Source of the DNA: Enoplolaimus lenunculus
Lineage: Eukaryota
DNA: 64,000 nucleotides
Reading direction: 5' to 3'
NCBI GenBank assembly: GCA_030248215.1
Contig: JASANG010000611.1
Coordinates: 496,001-560,000, forward strand
A program made the translations under genes and the position numbers. The number at the start of each line of letters is the position of its first letter. Within the stretch, counting starts at the first letter, position 1. The notes under the pieces are model-generated. The model was not told the origin of the DNA. It searched no databases and saw nothing but the letters and a program-made list of their open reading frames with translations. Shown here in pieces: positions 53,793-64,000 of the stretch.

Positions 53793-56700
53793 TCAACATT
53801 CTCGGACCGGAACTGGGCCACAAGTCTGTTCGGCGTCGACTTCTTGAAGGAATTTCCTGTAAAAATAATCATTTATTACGTTGTTAGTACATGTTTATTT
53901 ATAAGCAGTTGTCAGGATTTTAAAACATAGATTGCATAGAAGTTTCAGCCCATTGTCAGAACATTCAAACTTCTGTACTTATATTTAACAGACTTGGGGG
54001 TTTTGCACGTCGAGAAACATACATTTACGAAAAACTATTTAGACATTTTTTTATTTTAGATCTGCGGAAACCTTTTGGTAAAAGCGTTGTTATTCGCTAG
54101 CCTAAGCCTAAAACTGTTAATACTTCACCGAATTCCTGACTGAATTTGACGAGATTCATAATTGTGGAAGGTTGTTACTTGAAATATTGCTATTTTATAC
54201 TGAGACAAATTCAAATTTTCCCACTAATATCAAACGTAACGCTTTGAGCTGGCAATTTTAGTCATCCCATATGGATTGAGTTAGTTTTTATTTTTCTTTC
54301 ATACCACTGTGAACTTACGTTGTGTTCAATGTAGCCCAGAAGCTTGCACTGCGGCCAATATCAATCAGTTTGCAACGTCCATCTAGCGTTGGAGCGGTGC
54401 CTTTGGGACATTTGGGCACTAAAATTAAACGATAGTTTACTCCCTTCAACAGCAAAACGTTTTTAACTACTGTCCAAGAAGGTTCACAACAACATGAGGC
54501 CACAGGTTACGTCGCTCCCGCTACGAACAGCTTCGCTCAAATGACAGAAATTTTTTCAACTGCTTTGAAAGAATATTAATATGTAAATATTACTTGCCCG
54601 TCTAGAAATTCCATTTCCAGTGTGTAAACAGATAGCAAAAATGGCGGAAACAGAAACGAATAGTGATTAAAATAGCGGAAACGGAAAACGGATGTTGAAG
54701 TATAAAAGTTCATATACTTGTTATTTTTCTGCCATTCCAAAACTAAAGCGTGTAAATATTTACCGATGTTTCAAAATTTTCAAAGAAAAAATGGCGGATG
54801 CATAGAAATTTTTAAGATTTTGGATGAATTTCGCAATTTGTATTTCATTTCAAACAATTACAGCATATTTGTAGCCAAAAAATTGCGAGATATATACTTG
54901 ATTTATAAGAAAATTGAACGTTGAAAATAACAGAATTTCCATAATATCTATAACGGAAACGGACACCGATTTTTACTGGAAACGGATACAAATATCTAAT
55001 TACACCCTACACCTATCCCCATCTGCTAATAATTCCCGTTCGCAAGACTGTATGGAGTGTGCTCAGCAATGCTCAGACCAAACAATATAATCCTCGGCAG
55101 TTTTAATGCTTACAGCAAACACGCGCGGTCATAAACGCGAATGCATTCCGGCACAAGCACTGCTTGTATTTCGCATGACAATAACTGGACGCACAATCGT
55201 GGGAGCATTGTTCATCGCTTTCACAGCCATATTCTCCAGGGATCATTCGTCGCATGCATTTGCCGGCAACACAAATTTCTTCTGGAGTGCATGTGCAATG
55301 CGAACTGCAGCTGCGATTATGTGCTGCGCTCGGTCGGAAAAACACTGAAAATAAAAAACAATTTTCGATGTTTTGTCATTTATTTTAAAAAAACTATTAT
55401 GTCTTGCACCAATTATTATTTTAATCTTTGGCCCAAGTGGGACTAAAATTTTTCTATATGGCACAAATTATTCTTGGTAGGCCAAGATTAATACGGCCCC
55501 GCTTTGGCTACGGGCCCATCAACTGCGTGTAACGCATCGTGCTTTATGCAAAACAGTTGTTAGCGTTCTCCGTTTATTAGAATATTATTTCTCGTCGGAG
55601 TGTCACAACTTTGTTGCCGTTTTCTCAGGCCATCCACGCCATGATCCATTTATACTACAGTTATGTAAATCAACAACCCCAGTAATTTTATTCAAAATTT
55701 GCATTTCAGCAATCATTGTAATATAAGAGGGCTCATGCTAATTAGAACGCTGAGATCGCTGGGAGACAGGGGAATGGGACACGAATATTCTGGAAGCTTA
55801 GCTTAGACTTAGCCTAAGGATTTGACAAGTGTTTAAGCCTACGCTTAGGCTTGGGTTTTGGCTTAGATGTAGACTTTGGCTCACAGTGGTCATGCAACTA
55901 CAGTAAGCATGGTGGGCCGTATGGTCATGCAACTACAGTAAGCATGATGGGCCGTATTAAGAAGACTGGAATACTTACACGGTTCTTCGTTCGGTTTGAC
56001 GTCTTCTGCAGGCACCGAAATTGGACTGCGTCTGGTCACGGAAAATCGAAGCGCGCACGGCGAACCAAATTCATTACAGCAAGTTCGTGGTGACCATTGC
56101 ATTGCTTGAGGCGCCGCTGCTGCTTGCACACAAGATGCGCCGTTTGAGAAATGCCTGTAATTATGGTTCCATAACTAATTCGTTTGTTATTTTTTACCAT
56201 CCGTTTACGCCCTCCTGGTATTATTGGCAGTTCCGATAATACTATCTTCAAATGCCGCAAGCAATGTTGGTCTTATACTCGTTGTGGTCGTAGCCATTAT
56301 CCAAAAATAGGTATAGCTAATAGTCACCGCTGTATATATGGTGCAATATTTTTCACGGTTCGTTAGCTACGAATGTTTCGTGGCTAGGCAGTGGCCCTAG
56401 CTGCAATTTATTTCGTGAGGGTATAAGCGTGATCTAAAAAAGACTACAGTATAAAACTTGTTATACTACTAAACTTTAAGGTTCAACTGGATGCCAAAAA
56501 TACTGGATCCGGATATCCGGTTGAACCCTAATAAACCTGCGAAAGTGTCGTTCTTTTTGTCTACTGAAAGTTTGAGAGTGACATATCCCTCCTATTTCTT
56601 TCTTTGTAATCTCTCCTGCTTCGCTTACCCTTGGTTGCATTCACAGTTGTTCGAAACACACGACGCTGCGCCGTAGCATTGGGATGTTTGTTCGCAAGGC

Positions 56701-59700
56701 GATCCTGGACAGAACGTTTGCGGTGGCGGAGGTGGCGGCTGGATGATTGGCTGCGGTGGTGCTGAAAAATGAAACCAAAAATTAAATTTTTAGAACCGTT
56801 TTACAATTTTATGCAGTCGTAAACAGGTCTGGTTATTCCGGTAACCAGCTCAACTTGATAGAAGGTCAATCTTAGGATTAACATGCGTTTGAAATAACAA
56901 GCTTGCAAGCTGCGGGCTAATACTTATTTGTGGTGTGGTGAAAATTTTCTAGGAGGAGCTGGATCACGCTTGCTTCCATCTGGCTACGGACCTGGGCCTA
57001 CTATAGTGACCCGAATGAGAGGGGAGTAAGAGGGGGTCCTATTTTGAGTCCCAATCAATAGAAGTCTGTATCCCTAATAAGTTTCCGGCAGCGGGCAGTG
57101 CATAAATGACACCAGGGCCAAATACGTTGAGTTCGAAACTTTAAAACATGCTTATGTTTTTTAAGTACATTCCTCTTGCATTATGGGTCATCGACGTTAT
57201 ACTGTCTACGCTACTGTAAAAAATTGTCCCCACTTACGAGCCCCTCACTTTGTAGTTGTAGTGTTACTAAATGACATGTCCAAATGTCACCCATATCCTG
57301 TATAGACCTTCCGGACAACTCGCACACTCGCATACTTCAAACAGCCTATACTTTCACATTCCGCCATACCCATGCTACACAAAAATACTCATCGCTTACA
57401 GTTTTTGATACAAGAACAAACGTTTAACTATATCAACGGATAGTCTGCAAAAAAAAAAAAAAAAAAAAACATACCGGAGCTACATATCGGCACCGAATGC
57501 CCCCCCCCCTCACCGGTCACGACAAAACTCGACAGGGACACCGGGGTTTAACTTTCTGGTATACCAGAGTTATTATATTGTAACCTGCTCTGCTTGAATG
57601 GGGCGGGTCGTTCTCATACAAGTTATCTTTTAAGGCAAAAACATTCCTGCCCCCTCTTTTAAAAATTACTGGTTGCAGTTAATTTTTAAAAAAGAAAAAT
57701 TTTTTTACAACTCCACCTTTATAACACCCCCCCTAATAACGAAAAACACAAGGCTGTGGACTGTCAACAAGCCGCCCTCTTTTTCGGACGAGGTCAAATA
57801 ATGTCCATACTGCGTCCAGACAGTGTCTAATTTGTCCTTAGTCCCTTCGAAGGGACTACTGCCAAAACGAACTAGCTAGGTACACCTTGTGTAAAGTCTT
57901 AACATTGTAAGAACAATGTCGTTTTGTCCAGCCCTTGAAACCAGGGGTGTGGACAATTTTTTACAGTAGCGTAGACAGTATTACGTGGATGACCCATTAT
58001 CGCTTAAGTTTTTGATACAAGACAAACGTTTCTATTCAACGGATAGTTGCAATACCGGATACATATCGGCACCGAATGGCGGTGGAGGGCGGGTTAAAAA
58101 AAAAAAAACAGCCCGAACCGAAAAAAAAGGGGGCCCCATGGAAGGGAAAAAAAAAAAACCCCCCCCCCCCCACCCCGTCACCAAACTAGCAAAGAAAATT
58201 AAACACGTTTGAATGTTTTCATTAAATGTTTTATAGCATAACCCGTGGCTTCCTGTGGTTCAAGTGAAAATGTTTGTCATAAACCTTTTTCGATTTAAAC
58301 ATGATAATTACAATCCGCTGTAAAATGTTAACTATCCGCCCTGAAGCAAATAGATACTAAACCTGGGGCATATACAAGGGGCAGGATGAAGGGGACATAT
58401 CTTCCCGAAATTTTTGAAGACAAGAAAAACCAGCTTTAACAGAATCCAAAATTTGGTTTAGGGATTTATATGTCAAAATATTTTTTGAGGTTTAGCGTAC
58501 AACCGAATCTCTGCCACCGGCCTGGCTTCGCAGAATTGTTGCTGGGGGTTCCGGCCACTTCGGCAGTGAAATTTTGTTACTTTTATAAAATTGCATTGTT
58601 TTATAATCCTGTTAGTTAATTGCGGGCAATTTTAAGAATTCAAATTGTCAAAATCTCTCGAAAAAATTTTTTGGCACTTACACGTTTGTTGGAAAATTTT
58701 TTTTGAGAGTAATTTTATTCACTTGACTTTGCTTCAGTTCCGGCTTCGGCTCTAGCAAATGTTGTCAATCCCCGGCTCTGATTGTAGGTTTTCTCACCTC
58801 CGGTTGAACCCTAGTGTAGAGACCATTCTGAAATCAAGAACTAGGAAGTAAACGAAAAAATTTGTCACTTACGATGGGGGCGAACATTGATCGGCGGCGG
58901 TCCGCAGCAAACGCCACCAGGGTTGCATGTTGATTCACCAGGGCACGCGTTGTTTGGCGCACATTCACAGATTGGAACTTGGGGTTGAGGACAGATTGGC
59001 TAAAACCAGAACCAAACTTATAATACGCGTAAATAAAACGTTCTCGATCATTACATTTTACAACATCTATTGTTAGTAACAAATGGTAATTGGCGTCGGT
59101 TGGTGCGCACTGTGGTACAACCCCACCCCTGTAATCCGTAAGCAATGTTTCCACTGGTAGGTATCAACGATGTAGTCATGCTGCGTTTCAGGGGTCAAGC
59201 CCTCATGTGGGATATTTATAAAGAGGGTTTTAGATACTTTTTCAGTTATAGCTCAAGGAACCCCCGTTGGACATTTCGGCCGAACTTTTGCGGAACGTAA
59301 CATCCGTCTTCCAAAATCCTGGCTGCGCCCATAATAGGTATATTATAGACTACAATATTTCAAACTGACCAATATTTTACACTATTAAATATATCCCAAT
59401 TTAAAATTGTTGATTTGTTTCGACAATACTATCACATGCCGGGCTGAATATTTCGGCTGATGTTTAATCGTGTATGATTTCATTGCTCAAAAAATCGACG
59501 TTTACCTGTGGTGGAGGCGGTGGCGGTAAAGGACAGCAAAGACCTTGTTGACAACCGCAATCTTGTGGACAAGCCGGTTGCGGTCCACCGCAGAATCCAC
59601 GAGGAGCAACGTTGCCAGGGCATCCTTGTGCTAGAAATCGCAAAAAAAATTTTTGTAAAGTTGTTAAATATGCAGATATCAGGATTAGACAAATATAAAA

Positions 59701-62700
59701 GATTCACTTATATTTTAAGTTTTGTGGAAAACGCCAAATTTAGGTACGCAGCCAAAATCTGATCTCGTTCCCGTGTTTTCATATGTGTGTAGCATCTATC
59801 GCAATGATAGACACATTTTTCAGCTTTCATTGTCAGGGCAAACTTTGAGATACGCAACTCCACATCTCAAGTTAGGGGGGTAGATGTTGCTTGCATGTTA
59901 AAAACAAAATTAGGTTAACCTCTAATATACGGAGGGGGTATGTCAAAAACGCAAGACGCTGTAGGCGCATGGTTTTCTACACGTAATTTTACACAGTTGC
60001 AATACACTTGTTGAAGTATGCCTGATCCAACCTTGTTGAAGTGTGCATCATCCAACTAACTGATGACAGGTTCTATATGCATTATTTTAATATATGGGTT
60101 ACTATTGATTACCACACCCTTTAGCCCAGTTACCACCCTATTTATAAATACACAACTAAATCGTTACAAATTAAACTGCCAAAAATGAATTTTTTTGTCG
60201 ATAAATTATGTTTTTTGTCGTAGCGTCGTAACTCAGTGAAGTACGTATAGGAAGTTGAATTTGAGGAGGCCAGCGCCCAAAATACGTTAAATATTGAGCC
60301 TGAAAAGAGAATTTCTGTGAGCAAAATAAACGAAAATAAATTGTGAACGGAAAACTTTTTGCCTATGAGAGCAAGAAATTGAGAGAAGAGACCATCTTAC
60401 GTTGAATTATTGGCTGCGGGGGCGGTGGTGGCGGCGGCGGTGGACAGCATAAACCTTGATCACAACTGCAGTCCGATGGGCATGACGGCTGCGGGCCACC
60501 ACAAAATCCTCGCGGCTGAATGTTGCCAGGACACACTTGAGCTAAAATGAAATTTAATAAACCTTTATAGTAAAGTTTTGCGTTTAATTTTTTGTTTGAT
60601 AAAAGCAACAGTTTGAACGAAAAACAATTGGTCCCATGTTATAGGGGCTTGTTCATAAAGCCTGATCTTAAGCATAAGCCTAATCCTACGCATAAATTCA
60701 ATACTGAGGCTTACGCTTAAACCAAAGCATCCTATTCTCTAAGTCCACCGGTCTCCATGTGTGAACAAGCCCCTATATAGTTTCATACAGGCCTGTAGCC
60801 AGTTGTCGTGCTAAGGGGGGCTAAAAATTTAGGAGTGGTCGATCCCAGAGTTTTACATGAGTTTTTCAAGTGAGATTAAAACTTTTCTATGAAGGAGATG
60901 GTTAAACTCTTTCAGGACGCCTCAGCCCCCTGTAGCTGCGGGCATGCCTTCGAACAACGATACTAGGGTAATAGTTTCATAGCGAAGCGTCTGAGAAAAC
61001 GGTAAATATTAATTCTAAGTATGATGACAAAATAAGGTTCCATTTTTACTTATTAGTCATACTAAATAATCGGTTTTTCCACTGCATTCTCTCAAACTTA
61101 TATTCCAACGGTTAGTTAGACTGTTTTTTGAAACGCAGATATCTAATCCCCTTTGCAAACTTAGGGGCCGTAACATTAGCATGAGCATATCTTAAATGCA
61201 AGTCTAAAACCTAAGCCGAATAAGCCAAAGACTAAGCCTAAGCAAAAAATCAGCTTGAAACTAATAAGCTTATTCAACTGCAGTCCTGCAGAAAACCGTT
61301 CCGCGTTTGATCTTTACATGGACCGTTAAAGTGTATGTCATATCTTTCGGTTTTTAATTTGTAAGCAAGCATGTACATTTTGTCATTTAACTTGACAATC
61401 AGTTCAAAAAACTTTAAGTGAAAAGGTTTCTATATAAAAATTGCCCAACTTTTCAGTAACATTCTGCTGAATTACATATTTATAAAATAGTAAAACATAA
61501 CTAAACGTACGTTGAATTATTGGCGGTGGTGGTGGCGGTGGGGGACAACATAAGCCTTGGTTACAACTGCAGTCTGATGGACATGATGGTTGCGGACCTC
61601 CGCAAAATCCACGTGGTTGAACGTTGCCAGGACACACTTGAGCTAAAATAAAGAGGACTGCTTTAATAGCCTGACAAGCGTTTATTCCAGTAGAAAGAAT
61701 AATAAACCAACGTAACTTCAAAGATTGCGAATGACAAGCTGAAATCAAAATCCAACAATTTTTGAGCCAACGTCAGCTGGTGAACTGGGGATAACAAAAA
61801 ACTCCAAAAAATTCTAACCTCTAAGATCCAAAAATTTGTATTGAAGATTTCATACAAGGACCTTTTTGTCTTGTCTGCAAAAAAATATTTTTAGATTTGT
61901 CAACAAGAACTTACGTTGAATAACAGGAGGTGGCGGTGGTGGCGGAAATACAGGTGGTTGAATTATTGGCGCAGGTGTTGGACAGCACATTCCTTGGTTG
62001 CATCCGCAATCCGGTGGACAAACTTCTTGCGGTCCGCCACAGAAGCCGTGTGGTTGTATGTTGCCAGGACAAACTGGTTCTAAAATAACGGTCCCATTGA
62101 AATTAACCCTTAAGTTGATTATTTTAAAAAGTAAGCAAGTGTCCTTTCTTTTAGCTAATACAGAAACAGGCTACTTAATGTTTAATTTTAAACTGGTCGA
62201 AATTTAACCAACGCAAACGAATGAAATCTGGCTTACAATACTTGCAAGGTTTTAGAATGACATCCCTGGCAGTTTAACAAACAATACTAAGAACAAAATG
62301 TTAATTTTTATTTCGCAAGTGTGCCAAATTTCAGATAGTATACATCTTTTTAGTTCCTAGTGTACGAAACTGTAAGTCCTACGAATAACGGTACTCTAAA
62401 TTGCATTAGTTTATTGAATACGTATTTCAAGCCAATAAAAAACAAGCTATCGTTAAAGGGTCCAGTTTAAAATTTAAAATATTCAAACGGATGGATGCTT
62501 CAGAAACCTATGAAACGAACGGTGACAGATCGAGTATCTTTAGAAGGATAATCGTTTGTTTTGAAATTTTACTGCTTTAGCTAAAGCTTAATAGCAAAAT
62601 GTTTTAATGTAAAATATTTCAAATTGGGCCCAAAAATGTAAAATGAAGACTTCACGCTGTTTTAACTAGAAAACACACTGTGAGTATTAGATAAATTTTC

Positions 62701-63777
62701 TAACGCAAAATTTCAGCATAGGCTAGTGGAAAAATGAGTTCTTCATTTCCTGGTTTTAATCCTGTAAACAGAAATTTTTTTGATTAACAGTCAAACCATC
62801 GTTCTATTCAAATTTTTGTACTTTAACTCGAACTTGTATCGCTTACGAGGAATAACTGGTGGTGGTGGTGGTGGAGGCGGTGGCGGGCAACAAACGCCTT
62901 GGTTGCAGCTACAATCTTGAGGGCACGCTTGCTGTGGAGCGCCGCAAAAGCCGCGTGGTTGAACGTTACCTGGGCAGACAGGTCCTAAAATAAAACGTAG
63001 CAGTGAAAGCGATTACAAACACAGAAAGCATTTGCGAAATTAATGTTTATTTTCAATTTAAACATTTAGTGATTCGGTTTCAATTTGACAATCGAAAGCC
63101 AGTATTTCAAATATGAGATTCGCGCATGATTATTTCCACGCAATGAACGCACGTAATTGCGGATGTCGTATAACTTTTACTTCGAAACTTTAAGCGAATT
63201 TTTTTAACTTACGAGGTATAATCGGTTGCGGCGGCGGAGGCGGCGGAGGCGGCGGTGGGCAACAAAGGCCTTGATTGCAACTGCAGTCTTGAGGACACGT
63301 CTGTTGTGGTGCACCGCAGAAACCACGTGGTTGAACGTTACCAGGGCAACCTTGTGCTGAAAAGAAAATTTAATCTCCAATTTGTGGTTCTATTTATCGT
63401 TTTTCTCTCCGTGTCGCTTTTATAATTTATGGCAGAAACTGGAACTCATAAATTACCGAATTTTGTATCTGGACCGAACATTAAAACATATTTAATGATC
63501 AAATATATATACAAAAAGTTTCAAACCTAATAAAATTTTATAAATGTGCGGCAAATTAAACAGCAATTTTTGCTTAATATTAATTTAATATGAAAGTTTG
63601 GTCTAACGTTTTTTTACTCACGTTGAATGATGGGCATTGGACGTGGTGGTGGTGGTGGCGGTGGCATCGGAGGTTGTGTGCAACACGTATCTTGAATGCA
63701 TGTGCTGGGACCAGGGCATGCATTTTGTGGTCCACAACCGCAAACTGCAACTGCGTTCGGTCCGCATACGTCGGGTG
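53793..63777 (-). CDS. Cys-rich/polyproline modular, probably secreted protein (CC/WR1-like 6-Cys modules, then EB-like modules); 5' end outside the window
   Basis: Minus-strand exons 63777-63622, 63356-63213, 62984-62847, 62079-61915, 61642-61511, 60541-60401, 59630-59506, 58999-58873, 56761-56629, 56154-55979, 55344-55114, 54418-54319, 53856-53793 (TGA); all GT-AG and phase-consistent, ~609 aa visible; ends KFLQEVDAEQTCGPVPVREC*. Confidence 0.85.
54618..55010. mobile_element. MITE, diverged copy of the 31273-31621 family
   Basis: Shared blocks such as AAAAATTGCGAGATATA and ACGGA..CCGATTTTT. Confidence 0.6.
57185..57995. mobile_element. TIR element with ~48-bp inverted ends; interior sequence noisy
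   Basis: GGGTCATCGACGTTATACTGTCTACGCTACTGTAAAAAATTGTCC versus its near-perfect reverse complement ending at 57995; ATTAT on both flanks. Confidence 0.7.
60641..60777. mobile_element. Small MITE with degenerate GCCTAA repeats
   Basis: TIR TAGGGGCTTGTTCA...TGAACAAGCCCCTA in a TA-rich context. Confidence 0.6.
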
Positions 63778-64000
63778 CTGTAAAACGTAGATATAATATA
63801 CAACAATAAGGATCACAATTCACAACATAATGTGGTCTTTTATTTTCTTTAATGTACAAGCATAGGTGGTTAGAAATATAACATTGTTATTTCAATTACG
63901 ACCGCCTTATGCTAGTACATAGGTGTATGCCTATTCCACGCAGCTATTTCAACATAGTGCACTGCGCAATAAAAAAATTGCTGAATTAATTTGCCGGGAA

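Noticed and set aside
55887..55956. 35-bp direct tandem repeat in an intron
   Set aside because: Ordinary minisatellite-scale duplication with no splice site involved.
58834..59154. 106-aa minus-strand ORF
   Set aside because: Wrong frame; the real exon is 58999-58873 (PICPQPQVPICECAPNNACPGESTCNPGGVCCGPPP).

Overview
Intron-rich eukaryotic DNA, very probably from a nematode: TTTCAG/TTTTAG acceptors, scattered TTAGGC repeats and a GOB-1-type phosphatase. Reading splice sites by hand gives three genes. (1) On +, 1741-30152: a 24-exon, ~3750-aa Bark beetle/Anakonda-like membrane protein with SRCR, beta-helix, C-type lectin, TM and a C-terminal ETSM motif. (2) On +, 42453-50987: a 6-exon, ~1500-aa protein whose C-terminus is an intact GOB-1-like trehalose-6-phosphate phosphatase and whose N-terminal part looks like a degenerate trehalose-6-phosphate synthase (GT20) domain. 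(3) On -, from beyond the window end to 53793: a Cys/Pro-rich protein built one module per exon. Introns and intergenic DNA are full of MITEs. Most notable: a hAT-type MITE in intron 10 of gene 1 carries a 77/78-nt antisense copy of exon 17 of the same gene; the pseudo-TPS + GOB-1 architecture; and repeated tandem duplications of splice sites and one whole exon in gene 1. Homology calls come from motif recognition by eye; no searches were run.
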